DNA of 64,000 bases from Stellaceae bacterium (GCA_052143095.1 JBKQTR010000165.1:8852-72851); one strand, 5' to 3'; shown: positions 18,939 through 29,865, counted from the first letter of the stretch. Notes: a model not told the origin generated them from the letters alone. Translations and numbers: made by a program.

Positions 18939-20180
18939 GTGTCCGATCTCGCCCTTCGCCGCCCGCCGCTGCATAAGCTTGCCTGGTTCGCGGCACTCGG
19001 GCCGGGCCTTATCGTCATGCTCGCGGATACCGACGCCGGCAGCATCATCACCGCGGCGCAGAGCGGCGCGCAATGGGGCTACCGGCTGCTGCTGATGCAG
19101 TTGCTGCTGATACCGATCCTCTATATGGTTCAGGAACTTACGGTGCGGCTCGGGATCGTCACCCGGCGCGGCCATGGCGAGCTGATCGCACAGCATTTCG
19201 GCCGCTTCTGGGCCTGGCTCTCGGTCTCGACGCTGGCGGTCGCCTGCATCGGCGCGCTGATCACGGAGCTGTCGGGGCTGGCGGGGGTGGGGCTGCTGTT
19301 CGGCGTCCCCGCCTCCATCAGCGCCAGCCTCGCCGCCGGCGCCATCATCCTGGTGGCGCTGACCGGGTCCTACCGCTCGGTCGAGGGCGTGGCGGTGTCG
19401 CTGGGATTGTTCGAGCTCGCCTTCATCGGCGTCGCCTGGGCGGCGCATCCGGAGCCGGCGCAGATGCTGGCGGGGCTGACGCAGCTGCCGCTCGGCAACC
19501 GCGCCTATCTCTATCTCGTCACCGCCAATATCGGCGCGGTGATCATGCCGTGGATGATCTTCTATCAGCAATCGGCGGTGGTGGAGAAAGGGCTGGGCCC
19601 GGCGCATCTGCCGATCGCGCGCGCCGAGACCGCGGCGGGCGCGGTGCTGACGCAGCTGATCATGGCGGCGGTGCTGGTCGCGGTTGCCGCCACCATCGGC
19701 CGCGCCCGGCCCGACGCGGCGCTCGACACGGTGCAGCAGATCTCCGACGCGCTGACGCCGTTCCTCGGCGCGCGGCTCGGCCGCCTCGTCTTCGCCGCCG
19801 GCATGAGCGGCGCGGCGCTGGTCGCCGCCATCGTCGTCTCGCTCACCGCCGCCTGGGGCGTCGGCGAGGTCGCGGGCTTCAAGCGCTCGCTCGAGCATCA
19901 CCCGCGCGAGGCGCCGTGGTTCTACGGCATCTTCGCCTTCTGCCTCGCGGCGGCGGCGGCGCTGGTCGCCTCGGGCGTCGATCTGGTGCGGCTCAGCATC
20001 GGCGTGCAGGTGCTGAACGCGCTGCTGCTGCCGATCGTGCTGGGATTTCTCTTTCTGCTGGCGCGGAAAGCGCTGCCGGAGGCGTGGCGGCTCAAAGGCA
20101 CCTATGCCTGGATCGTCGGCGCGGTGATGGCGCTGACCGCGGGCTTCGGCGTCGTCGCGGGGATGGTCGCGCTGCTCTGA
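18939..20180 (+). CDS. Nramp-family divalent metal transporter, divergent subtype
   Basis: 413 aa; ..GPGLIVMLADTDAGSIITAAQSGAQWGY.. (DAGS where canonical MntH has DPGN) and ..GAVIMPWMIFYQQS.. (MPW instead of MPH). Multi-TM. Confidence 0.8.
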   Translation: MSDLALRRPPLHKLAWFAALGPGLIVMLADTDAGSIITAAQSGAQWGYRLLLMQLLLIPILYMVQELTVRLGIVTRRGHGELIAQHFGRFWAWLSVSTLAVACIGALITELSGLAGVGLLFGVPASISASLAAGAIILVALTGSYRSVEGVAVSLGLFELAFIGVAWAAHPEPAQMLAGLTQLPLGNRAYLYLVTANIGAVIMPWMIFYQQSAVVEKGLGPAHLPIARAETAAGAVLTQLIMAAVLVAVAATIGRARPDAALDTVQQISDALTPFLGARLGRLVFAAGMSGAALVAAIVVSLTAAWGVGEVAGFKRSLEHHPREAPWFYGIFAFCLAAAAALVASGVDLVRLSIGVQVLNALLLPIVLGFLFLLARKALPEAWRLKGTYAWIVGAVMALTAGFGVVAGMVALL

Positions 20181-20195
20181 GCCGGCCAGCGGCGC

Positions 20196-23015
20196 TCAAT
20201 GCGCCTCTTCCCAGTTGGTCGCCATGCCGGTATCGACGATGAGCGGTACCGAGAGCTCGAGCACCGGGGCGCAGGCGTGCTCCATGATGTCCTTCACCAC
20301 GGCGGCGGTCGCCGCGGCCTCGCTCTCGGGCGCCTCGAAGACCAGTTCGTCATGGACCTGCAGCAGCATGCGCGCCGCCAACCCCGCCTCAGCCAGCGCC
20401 GCGGGGATGCGGGCCATGGCGCGCTTGATGATGTCGGCGGCGGTACCTTGCAGCGGCGCGTTGATCGCCTCGCGCTCGGCATAGCCGCGCCGCGCCGCAT
20501 TGCTGTCCCTGATGCCGGGCAGATGGCAGCGCCGGCCGAACAGGGTCTCGACATAGCCCTTCTCGCGGCATTCGGCCTTGGCGCGCTCCATATAGGCGCG
20601 GATGCCGGGGAAGCGCGCGAAATACGCCTTGATGAACTCGGCCGCCTCGGCTTGCGGCACCTGGATGCGCTGCGCCAGGCCGAAGGCGCTCATGCCGTAG
20701 AGGATGCCGAAATTGATCGCCTTGGCGCGCCGCCGGATCTCGCCGGTCATCTCCGCCATCGGCACGCCGAAGACCTCGCTTGCGGTGAGCGCGTGGATGT
20801 CGGCGCCGGCGCGGAAGGCCTCCTTGAGCGGGCCGACATCGGCCATATGGGCTGCGAGCCGCAGCTCGATCTGGCTGTAATCGGCGGAGAGCAGCACATG
20901 TCCGGGCTCGGCGACGAAGGCGCGGCGGATCTTGCGGCCCTCCTCGGTGCGGATCGGGATGTTCTGCAGATTGGGCTCGGTCGAGGACAGCCTGCCGGTG
21001 ATCGCGCCCGCCAGCGAGAACGAGGTGTGGACGCGGCCGGTCTTGGGATTGATCTCCTCGACCAGCGCGTCGGCATAGGTGCTTTTAAGCTTGGCGAGCT
21101 GGCGCCAGTCGAGCACGCGCGCCGGCAGATCGTGGGTCAGCGCGAGTTGCTCCAGCACGGCGGCGTCGGTGCCGTAAGCGCCGGTCTTGTTCTTGCGCCC
21201 GCCGCCCAGCGCGAGCTCGTCGAACAGCACCTCGCCGAGCTGCTTGGGCGAGCCGATGTTGAAGGGATGGCCGGCGAGCTTGAAGATCTCCTGCTCGAGC
21301 TCGGCGAGCCGCGTCGCGAAATCCTGCGACAGGCGGTTGAGCTCGGCGCGGTCGACGCGGATGCCGGCGCGTTCCATCTCGGAAACCACGCGCACCAGCG
21401 GCCGCTCGATGGTCTCGTAGAACGCGAGCCGATGCTCCGCCAGCAGCCGCGGCTTCAGCAGGCGATGCAAGCGCAAGGTGATGTCGGCGTCCTCGGCGGC
21501 GTAATCGCGCGCCTTCTCCAGCGGCACCGCGGCGAAGCCGATATGGCCCTTGCCGCTGCCGGCGACGTCCTTGTACTTGATGGTGGCGTGGCCGAAATGC
21601 AGGTCGGCGAGCTCGTCGAGCCCGTGGCCGTGCAAGCCGCCCTCGAGCACGAAGGAGATCAGCATGGTGTCGTCGACCGGCGCCACGGAGATGCCGTGCT
21701 CCGCCAGCAGCTCGACATCGGCTTTGACGTCATGCCCGACCTTGAGCACGCCGTCATCCTCGAGCAGCGGCTTCAGGCGCTGCAGCGCCAGCTCCAGCGG
21801 GATCTGCTTCAGCGGCTCCGCCGGCGCCACGGCGGCGAGATCGAGCTCGCCCGCGCCGTTGGCGCGATGCGCGAGCGGGATGTAGCAGGCCTCGCCCGGC
21901 TCGAGCGCCAGGGAGATGCCGACGAGCTCGGCATGGGCGGGGTTGAGCGAGGTGGTCTCGGTGTCGATGGCGACGATGCCCTTGGCGGTGGCGGCGGCGA
22001 TCCAGCTATCGAGCTCGGCGACATCCTGCACCAGCGCGTAGCGGCGCTCGACCTGCGCCAGCTCCGGCGGCGGCGGCGGCGCCATGGGCTCGACCGGCGC
22101 CGGCGCGGGCGCGCTCTCCGCCGGCGCCGCGGCGGCGCCGTTGCCCTTGCCGAGCCGGGTCTCGACGCGCGCCAGCAGGTTCTTGAAGCCGTTCTGGCGC
22201 AGGAAGGCGCCGAGCTTCTCGCGATCGGGCTGCTGCACCGCCAGCGCGTCGAGCGGCAGGGTCAAGGGAGCATCGGCGTCGAGCTGCACCAGGCGCTTGG
22301 ACAACCGCGCCTGCGCGGCGAAATCGATCAGCGACTGGCGGCGCTTGGGCTGCTTGATCTCGCCGGCATGCGCCAGGAGAGTCTCCAGATCGCCATAGGC
22401 GTTGATGAGCTCGGCGGCGGTCTTGACGCCGATGCCGGGCACGCCCGGCACGTTGTCGACGCTGTCGCCGCACAGCGCCTGGACGTCGACCACCTTGTCG
22501 GGGCCGACGCCGAATTTCTCGCGCACCTCGGCGGCGCCGATCGGCTTCTGCTTGATCGGGTCGAGCATGCCGATCTTGTCGTCGACGAGCTGCATCAGAT
22601 CCTTGTCGGAGGAGACGATGGTCACCACCGCGCCCGCCGCCGCGAAGGCGCGGGCATAGGCGGCGATGAGATCGTCGGCCTCGTAATCCGCCCGCTCGAT
22701 GCGCGCGACGTTGAAGGCGTCGGTCGCCTCGCGCACCAGCTGGAACTGCGGCACGAGATCGTCCGGCGGGTCCGGGCGATGCGCCTTGTACTGGTCGTAG
22801 AGCTTGTTGCGGAAGCTCACGCGCGCGCTGTCGAAGACGACGGCGAGGTGGTCGGCGTCGGTCTCCTGCAGCAGCTTGAAGAGGATGTTGCAATAGCCCA
22901 GCACCGCGCCGACCGGCGTGCCGTCGGCGCGGGTCAGCGGCGGCAGCGCGTGATAGGCACGGAAGATGTAGCCGGAGCCGTCGATGAGATAGACATGCCG
23001 CAGCGCAGCGCTCAC
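20196..23015 (-). CDS. polA: DNA polymerase I
   Basis: ORF 20196..23174. Homology begins at ..HVYLIDGSGYIFRAYHALP... I place the start at the GTG (rc of 23013-23015), which forms a GTGA overlap with the upstream zinc-finger gene stop. Pol motif ..SADYSQIELRLAAHMA.., ..QVHDELVFE... Confidence 0.93.
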   Translation of the reverse strand: MSAALRHVYLIDGSGYIFRAYHALPPLTRADGTPVGAVLGYCNILFKLLQETDADHLAVVFDSARVSFRNKLYDQYKAHRPDPPDDLVPQFQLVREATDAFNVARIERADYEADDLIAAYARAFAAAGAVVTIVSSDKDLMQLVDDKIGMLDPIKQKPIGAAEVREKFGVGPDKVVDVQALCGDSVDNVPGVPGIGVKTAAELINAYGDLETLLAHAGEIKQPKRRQSLIDFAAQARLSKRLVQLDADAPLTLPLDALAVQQPDREKLGAFLRQNGFKNLLARVETRLGKGNGAAAAPAESAPAPAPVEPMAPPPPPELAQVERRYALVQDVAELDSWIAAATAKGIVAIDTETTSLNPAHAELVGISLALEPGEACYIPLAHRANGAGELDLAAVAPAEPLKQIPLELALQRLKPLLEDDGVLKVGHDVKADVELLAEHGISVAPVDDTMLISFVLEGGLHGHGLDELADLHFGHATIKYKDVAGSGKGHIGFAAVPLEKARDYAAEDADITLRLHRLLKPRLLAEHRLAFYETIERPLVRVVSEMERAGIRVDRAELNRLSQDFATRLAELEQEIFKLAGHPFNIGSPKQLGEVLFDELALGGGRKNKTGAYGTDAAVLEQLALTHDLPARVLDWRQLAKLKSTYADALVEEINPKTGRVHTSFSLAGAITGRLSSTEPNLQNIPIRTEEGRKIRRAFVAEPGHVLLSADYSQIELRLAAHMADVGPLKEAFRAGADIHALTASEVFGVPMAEMTGEIRRRAKAINFGILYGMSAFGLAQRIQVPQAEAAEFIKAYFARFPGIRAYMERAKAECREKGYVETLFGRRCHLPGIRDSNAARRGYAEREAINAPLQGTAADIIKRAMARIPAALAEAGLAARMLLQVHDELVFEAPESEAAATAAVVKDIMEHACAPVLELSVPLIVDTGMATNWEEAH

Positions 23016-23218
23016 GGCGGGGACGCACCGGGGGTCCGCGGCAGGGACCCATGCTCGGCCGCCGTGCCGCGCGCCACGAAGAGCCGCGAGCAATAGGGGC
23101 ATTCGACCTTGCCGGCGCTGCCGAGATTGAGATAGACGCGGGGGTGGCCAAGCGGGCCGCCGCCGCCGTTGCACGCCGCCACGGCGCCGTCCACCTCAAT
23201 GATTTCGAAAGGGTTCAT
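23012..23218 (-). CDS. zinc-finger (CHCC-type) domain protein
   Basis: In-frame ATG of ORF 23012..23350: MNPFEIIEVDGAVAACNGGGGPLGHPRVYLNLGSAGKVECPYCSRLFV... 68 aa. Confidence 0.75.
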   Translation of the reverse strand: MNPFEIIEVDGAVAACNGGGGPLGHPRVYLNLGSAGKVECPYCSRLFVARGTAAEHGSLPRTPGASPP

Positions 23219-23326
23219 GGTGCTTGATCCCCGGTGATATGGGAGCGCCGGGCCGCAGGACCAGAGTGCGGGCGTCGCGACGGACGGCAAGCCGGCAGCC
23301 GGCTGGTTGACCCGGCCGAGGCGCGG

Positions 23327-24360
<1,034 letters not shown>

Positions 24361-24364
<4 letters not shown>

Positions 24365-25440
24365 TGCCTAAATTTGCATTTGTCCTGGCGTTGCTGCTTG
24401 CCGGTTGCGCCGGTCAGGGGACGGGTCATCTCGCCGCGCTGGCCACGGCAAGCGACGCGGCGCCGCCGGCGGGGCCGCCCGCGGCGCCGGCGCTCGCCGA
24501 CACCGTACTGATCGCCGGCGACGGCGCGCGCCTGCCGCTCCGCGCCTGGCTGCCGGAGGACAGGCCGCGCGCGGTGATCCTGGGCCTCCACGGCTTCAAC
24601 GATTACTCCAACGCGTTCGCCGCGCCGGCGGCGGTCTGGGCCAAGGACGGCATCGCCACCTATGCCTATGACCAGCGGGGCTTCGGCGAGGCGCCGCTGC
24701 GCGGGCGCTGGCCCGGGACACAGCAGCTGGCAGACGATCTCGCCACGGCGAGCCGGCTGCTCAAGGCGCGCTATCCCGGAACGCCGCTCTATTGCCTCGG
24801 CGAGAGCATGGGCGGCGCGGTGGTGGCGGCAGCGGCGAGCGGCGGCGCGGGCGCGCCGCGTCCTGCCTGCGACGGCCTCATCCTGGCGGCGCCGGCGGTG
24901 TGGGGCCGCGCGACGATGAACGTGTTCGAGCGCACGGCGCTGTGGACCGGCGACACCTTCTTTCCCGACATGACGCTGACCGGGCGCGGCCTCAACATCA
25001 TGCCGTCGGACAACATCGCGATGCTGCGCGAGCTGTCGCGCGACCCGCTGGTGATCAAGGAAACGCGGGTGGCGGCGGTCAAGGGGCTGGTCGACCTCAT
25101 GGACACCGCGCTGGCCTCGGCGCCGGACGTGACAGTGCCGATGCTGATGCTCTATGGCGACCGCGACGAGCTGGTGCCACGCGAGCCGACCGAGCGCTTC
25201 ATCGAGGCGCTGCCGTTTCCTGAGCGGCGCACGCGGCGCATCGCCTGGTATGAAGCAGGCTATCACATGCTGCTGCGCGATCTCGAAGGCCCGCTGGTCT
25301 GGCGCGACGTCGAGAGCTGGATCGGCGATCACGCGGCGCCGCTGCCCTCGGGGGCGGATCAGCGGGCGAGCGCGGTGCTGTTCGCCGGCGGCGTCGGCGA
25401 TCAGCCGGCCGGGATGAGGCGGCAGGCGGCGGCGCCCTGA
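24361..25440 (+). CDS. alpha/beta hydrolase lipoprotein (lysophospholipase-like)
   Basis: 359 aa; signal and lipobox MMPKFAFVLALLLAGCAG; ..ILGLHGFNDYSNAF..; nucleophile elbow CLGESMGG. Confidence 0.82.
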
Positions 25441-25526
25441 TCCCGCGCGCCTTGATCCAGATCAACGCGTAACGCCGCCGATCGGGTGATCTCAACCCCT
25501 GGGAGCCCTTCCCGGGGAGAACGCTC

Positions 25527-25619
25527 ATGACGATGGGTGAAGAAGCCTATCTGGCGCTGGTGGTCATCGGCTGGCTCGGCTTTGCCGCGGTGCTGTTCTG
25601 GGAGAGCCGGGACAGCTGA
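25527..25619 (+). CDS. possible 30-aa small membrane protein
   Basis: Own translation: MTMGEEAYLALVVIGWLGFAAVLFWESRDS, with GGGGAGA 6 nt upstream. Below the ORF-track size cut-off. Confidence 0.25.
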   Translation: MTMGEEAYLALVVIGWLGFAAVLFWESRDS

Positions 25620-25697
25620 GGCGCCGGCTTGGCGGGCGGCAGTGCCCCGGACTTTATCGGGGGCACGAAAGCCCGCGCCGTGCCGGTCAGCTTTTTC

Positions 25698-26576
25698 TCA
25701 GCGGGCGCCGAGCACGGCGTGGCAGGCGGCGGGCAGCACCGGGTTGCGCGCCGGCGAATTCTCCGGCGGCGGCGGCGGCAGATGGCGCAGCCAGGCGGCG
25801 AGCTCGGCGCCGCAGCCATCGCCTTCCGGCACCGGGCGTTGCTCCTCGCAATCGGGCGAGCCCGCGGGGCAGCGCAGCCGCACATGGAAATGTTCGTCAT
25901 GCCCGTACCAGGGGCGGATGCGCTCGAGCCAGGCGCGCTCGTCGGGCGTGCTGCCGATGACGCTGTGGCAGAGCGCCTCTTTGATCACGGCGTTGACGAA
26001 GATGCGGTCGACCGCGGGGTCGGTGGCGGCAAGGCGTAGCAGCTCCACCTGCTTATCGCCGAAGCGCCGGGTGTCGATCTCGTGGTAATTGGCGAGCAGC
26101 ATCGAGGGTAGGTCGACCTCCTCGCGCTGCGCCGGCGGCAGGTAGGGCTTGGGCGCGAGGTTGAACCAGACATCGACATCGATGCCGGTCTGATGGCTGG
26201 CATGGCCGAAGGGCAGCGGCCCGCCGCGCGGCTGCGCCATGTCGCCGATATAGAACACCGGCAGCCCCGCCGCCTGGGCGCGCTGGCCCAGCCGCTGGAC
26301 ATAGGCGACGAGATCGGGATGGCCGAAATTGCGGTGGCGCGAGAGGCGGATCGCCTCGTAGCCCGCCCCGTCCGGCGGCAGCTCCTGGGCGCCGGCGATG
26401 CAGCCATGGGCGACACCGCCAATGACCTCCGCCGGCCCCGGCAGCGGCGTCGCGACGCGGCTCCAGGCATTGCCGACATGGTCGCCCGAGGCCGCGGCCG
26501 GCGGCAGCGGCAGGGCGAGGAGGGCTACAGCAGCAAGGACAAGGCGCGGGGCAAGGGACATCGGGCGGCACTTCAA
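25698..26576 (-). CDS. mepA: penicillin-insensitive murein endopeptidase
   Basis: 292 aa; signal peptide; ..RLSRHRNFGHPDLVAYV.., ..FGHASHQTGIDVDVWF.., ..GHDEHFHVRLRCP... Confidence 0.88.
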   Translation of the reverse strand: MKCRPMSLAPRLVLAAVALLALPLPPAAASGDHVGNAWSRVATPLPGPAEVIGGVAHGCIAGAQELPPDGAGYEAIRLSRHRNFGHPDLVAYVQRLGQRAQAAGLPVFYIGDMAQPRGGPLPFGHASHQTGIDVDVWFNLAPKPYLPPAQREEVDLPSMLLANYHEIDTRRFGDKQVELLRLAATDPAVDRIFVNAVIKEALCHSVIGSTPDERAWLERIRPWYGHDEHFHVRLRCPAGSPDCEEQRPVPEGDGCGAELAAWLRHLPPPPPENSPARNPVLPAACHAVLGAR

Positions 26577-26735
26577 CCGGGAGCGGCGTCGTTCCCGCGA
26601 TTCTATACCGGGCGATGCTTAACGCCGAGTAACCTTGTGCATGGAGGGGTGCAACTTCCGGGCGGCGGTCGCCCGCGGGGGGCCCGTGCCTCGCTTGCGT
26701 GGAACGGGGTGTTTGCCTTAAGGTCCGCGGCTTGG

Positions 26736-26812
<77 letters not shown>

Positions 26813-26974
26813 GTCTCTTCATTGGTCTAGCACGACAGGCGCGGGCCGGTGGTCCTAATCCCATGGAGTTTAAGTACTACGTCCCTTCAATTGCGGGGCG
26901 GCGTCAGACAGTAGCGAGCGTTTCCAGGCTGCCTGATGGGGTCCGTCGGCATAGACAAGCTCGCCCGAGGTATC

Positions 26975-27232
26975 TCAACGATCGCTCGACTTGTCAGGCG
27001 TGGGTTGACCCTTGCGACCGACCTCCGCGCGGCGGCACATGGTCTTGACGTAGGCGCTCTTGCCAACATCGTCGGCGAATGCGGATCGCGCGACGATATC
27101 TTGCCAACCGCTGATGCAGCCGAGCTCGGAATCAACCTGGATCGACATGACATCGCGCGCCGTCGCCTCCGTGCACGCATCCTGTGGCAATGACATCTGG
27201 CAAATCAGCACGATCGCTACGAAGTCCTGCAT
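26975..27232 (-). CDS. hypothetical protein
   Basis: 85 aa, MQDFVAIVLICQMSLPQDACTEATARDVMSIQVDSELGCISGW... Codon third positions are GC-rich as in neighbouring real genes. No recognisable family. Confidence 0.45.
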   Translation of the reverse strand: MQDFVAIVLICQMSLPQDACTEATARDVMSIQVDSELGCISGWQDIVARSAFADDVGKSAYVKTMCRRAEVGRKGQPTPDKSSDR

Positions 27233-27340
27233 GCGGTGGCCTCCTCGGGTCGATCGAGCGAACCATACCCGAAATACCTAGCGGGCCGCGACCTGCGGTA
27301 TGATGCCGCTGTCTCGGATCGCCGACACAGCGAGGTTTCC

Positions 27341-28369
27341 ATGAACGCGCGCTCACCGGCCGGCCTGTCGCCGCCTGCGGCACCCACGACCGGCTCGAAC
27401 GCCCGGGAGGTTCCCGCTGGCATCGTGCCGGTGCCTGCGACGGTCAGCCCCGAGATGCAGAAGATCATCGGCGCACCGTTGCGCCCCAACTGGGACAGTC
27501 GACCGAAGACGAGCGCGGAGTGGAAATCGGTCGTTGATGCCTTCGCGGCGGTTGCGACTGGTAACCTCCCCGGCATTCGCGACAGGCTGCGCGTCAGCGT
27601 CGAAAAGACGCTGCTCGACGGGGTCCGCGCCTTTACCGTTACTCCGGAAACCATCGCGCCCGAGAATCGCCATCGATTGCTCATCCATTTTCACGGCGGC
27701 TGCTATGTCCTGAATCCCGGCGAGGCCGGGCTACCGGAAGCGATCTACATGGCGGGGTTCGGTCGCTTCAAGGTGATATCGGTTGACTATCGGATGCCGC
27801 CGGAAGCCTATTTTCCAGCGGCTCTGGACGATGCGGTGACCGCGTGGAAAGCGGCATTGAAGATGGCCGACCCGAAGAAAATGGCGGTCTTCGGCACCTC
27901 GGCTGGCGGAGCCTTGACGCTTGCGTTGATCTTGAGAGCGAAGCAGGAAGGGCTGCCCCTCCCTGCAGCCATCGCGCCGGGCACGCCGATGTCGGACACG
28001 ACAAAGACCGGCGACACGTTCTATACGAATGAAATGCTCGACAACGTGCTGGTATCGCGCGACGGCTTTTGCGATGCCGGCGCGAGGTTTTATGCGAACG
28101 GCCACGATCTCGGCGATCCGCTCCTGTCACCCATCTACGGAGACCTGCGTGGCTTTCCGCCCGCGATCCTGACAAGCGGCACGCGCGACCTCTTGCTGAG
28201 CAATACGGTGCGCGTCCATCGCAAGCTTCGCCGAGCCGGCGTCGAGGCGAGCTTGCAGGTCTATGAAGGCCAAGCTCACGCGCACTACCTCTTCAACGAC
28301 ACCGCGCCGGAGACCAAGGAAGTGTTTGACGAGATCGCCGCTTTCTTTCGGGAGCATCTCCTGGAATAG
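27341..28369 (+). CDS. alpha/beta hydrolase fold-3 esterase/lipase (HSL family)
   Basis: In-frame ATG (GAGG upstream) of ORF 27236..28369; oxyanion-hole motif LLIHFHGGCYV, nucleophile elbow FGTSAGG, ..YEGQAHAH... Confidence 0.85.
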   Translation: MNARSPAGLSPPAAPTTGSNAREVPAGIVPVPATVSPEMQKIIGAPLRPNWDSRPKTSAEWKSVVDAFAAVATGNLPGIRDRLRVSVEKTLLDGVRAFTVTPETIAPENRHRLLIHFHGGCYVLNPGEAGLPEAIYMAGFGRFKVISVDYRMPPEAYFPAALDDAVTAWKAALKMADPKKMAVFGTSAGGALTLALILRAKQEGLPLPAAIAPGTPMSDTTKTGDTFYTNEMLDNVLVSRDGFCDAGARFYANGHDLGDPLLSPIYGDLRGFPPAILTSGTRDLLLSNTVRVHRKLRRAGVEASLQVYEGQAHAHYLFNDTAPETKEVFDEIAAFFREHLLE

Positions 28370-28404
28370 TCCCCTCGACCACGTCGCCGGGGCGGAGGCT
28401 TTGG

Positions 28405-29109
28405 GTGGAGAGCGGTCCTTTCACGCGATACGAGATGCCGAGGGTGCCGATCGGGCCGGGACGTGACGTGACGGCCATCGCCTATTTGGCCACCGCGCGC
28501 CCTCGCGCATCGATCACGATGATCCTCGGTCACGGAGCCGGCGCCGGGCAGCACAGCGCTTTCATGGTGAACTTTGCCGAAGCATTGGCAGCACGCGGCA
28601 TCGATGTCGGGACGTTCAATTTTCCCTATACGGAGGCGGGCCGGCGCCTACCCGATCCCAACGACCGGCTTGAAGCGTGCTATCGCGCCGTCATCGACAC
28701 GGTGCGCCACGACCAGAGGCTTGGCCGCTCCGCGCTGGCGATCGGCGGCAAGTCGATGGGCGGCCGGATCGCCTCGCAGGTAGCCGCTTCCGACAGGGAT
28801 CTTGCGGGAGTGGTGCTGTTGGGGTATCCGCTCCATCCGCCGGGCAAACCATCGCAGCTCCGCATCAAGCATCTGCCGAAGATCGCTGCGCCGATGCTGT
28901 TCGTGCAAGGCGCGCGCGACGCCTTCGGAACGCCCGACGAACTGCGTCCGGTGATGGCGTCGCTGTCGACGGCAACGGAACTCTATGTCGTCGAGACCGG
29001 CGACCACTCCTTCAAGGTACCGAAGCGCACCGGCATGGACCAAGAGGCGGTCTACTCGGCGGTTCAGGACAAGATCGCAGACTGGCTGCGCAAGGCGACC
29101 GCGCGCTAA
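28405..29109 (+). CDS. alpha/beta-fold hydrolase (dienelactone-hydrolase-like, COG3571-type)
   Basis: 234 aa; GTG start with GGAGG 7 nt upstream; ..ILGHGAGAGQHSAFM.., GGKSMGGRIASQ, ..LFVQGARDAFG.., ..GDHSFK... Confidence 0.8.
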   Translation: MESGPFTRYEMPRVPIGPGRDVTAIAYLATARPRASITMILGHGAGAGQHSAFMVNFAEALAARGIDVGTFNFPYTEAGRRLPDPNDRLEACYRAVIDTVRHDQRLGRSALAIGGKSMGGRIASQVAASDRDLAGVVLLGYPLHPPGKPSQLRIKHLPKIAAPMLFVQGARDAFGTPDELRPVMASLSTATELYVVETGDHSFKVPKRTGMDQEAVYSAVQDKIADWLRKATAR

Positions 29110-29217
29110 GCTCGTGCCGCCTGTTATACCGGAACTGGAATTTGGAGACAGCTTTGAGACGGTCCTTCCGCGAGTATCGGTCCAGCCCTCATCGGAGCAG
29201 CGGTGGAGGGAACGGCC

Positions 29218-29649
29218 ATGTCCTCTGAAAGCGACATCAGGAAGATGCTCATCGATGCCCTTCGGCCGAGCATTCAGCAAGCCGTGCAGGCGGAACTTGC
29301 AGCGCTGGGCGACATAAGGGCTGAGTTTGTCACCGCGGCCTCGGTCATGCGCCGCGAGATCGACGAGTTGAGACGCATGATCACCGAAGAGATCGCGGAT
29401 CGCACCGGGCTCATTGTCAAAGACCTTCAGCGCCACCTTGATCAGGAGACCGACGCGAAGCTGTCGAGCGTCCGATCGCAGCTGGTCGTGAGCGCCGCAG
29501 AACGCCACGCGCTGCGAGACGACATCGCGCAAGGGCTTGCCCGACTGACGCAGCGCATAGACGCCCTCGACCAGCGGCTAAGGACAGCGGCCGCCGCCTT
29601 GCGCGAGGAGCTGTCGCAGCAGCCGGCCGGCCAAGAAGGGTTGGTGTAG
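29218..29649 (+). CDS. hypothetical coiled-coil protein
   Basis: 143 aa from ATG 29218 (GGAGGG 8 nt upstream): MSSESDIRKMLIDALRPSIQQAVQAELAALGD..; heptad-like, Glu/Arg/Leu rich. Confidence 0.5.
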   Translation: MSSESDIRKMLIDALRPSIQQAVQAELAALGDIRAEFVTAASVMRREIDELRRMITEEIADRTGLIVKDLQRHLDQETDAKLSSVRSQLVVSAAERHALRDDIAQGLARLTQRIDALDQRLRTAAAALREELSQQPAGQEGLV

Positions 29650-29694
29650 TATGCGTAGGGATCTGGCCCGTGGGCGTAGAGAGAGGGAGCACTT

Positions 29695-29865
29695 ATGCGC
29701 GGAGGATACAACGTCCGAATCGAGGGCGCGAAGTACGGCGCGAGCTTCGGCTCCGCGCTCGCGATGGCAATCTCGTACACGAACAATCACTCGATCTTCT
29801 GGGCGATCGTAGACGGCATCTTCAGCTGGCTTTACGTGCTCTATTTTGCGCTCTTCCACGCGTAG
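29695..29865 (+). CDS. 56-aa small membrane protein (hypothetical)
   Basis: Own translation: MRGGYNVRIEGAKYGASFGSALAMAISYTNNHSIFWAIVDGIFSWLYVLYFALFHA. GAGAGGGAG lies 5 nt upstream. Two hydrophobic helices. Below the track cut-off. Confidence 0.55.
   Translation: MRGGYNVRIEGAKYGASFGSALAMAISYTNNHSIFWAIVDGIFSWLYVLYFALFHA

Noticed and set aside
20199-23096. 965-aa plus-strand ORF opposite polA, and 22006..23199 (-) in another frame
   Set aside because: Shadow frames. Only the 20196..23015 minus frame has Pol I motifs.
25641-25667. GTGCCCC-N10-GGGGCAC hairpin between the 30-aa ORF and mepA as a bidirectional terminator
   Set aside because: No flanking T- or A-runs on either side. It may be structural, but the evidence is too weak to list as a feature.
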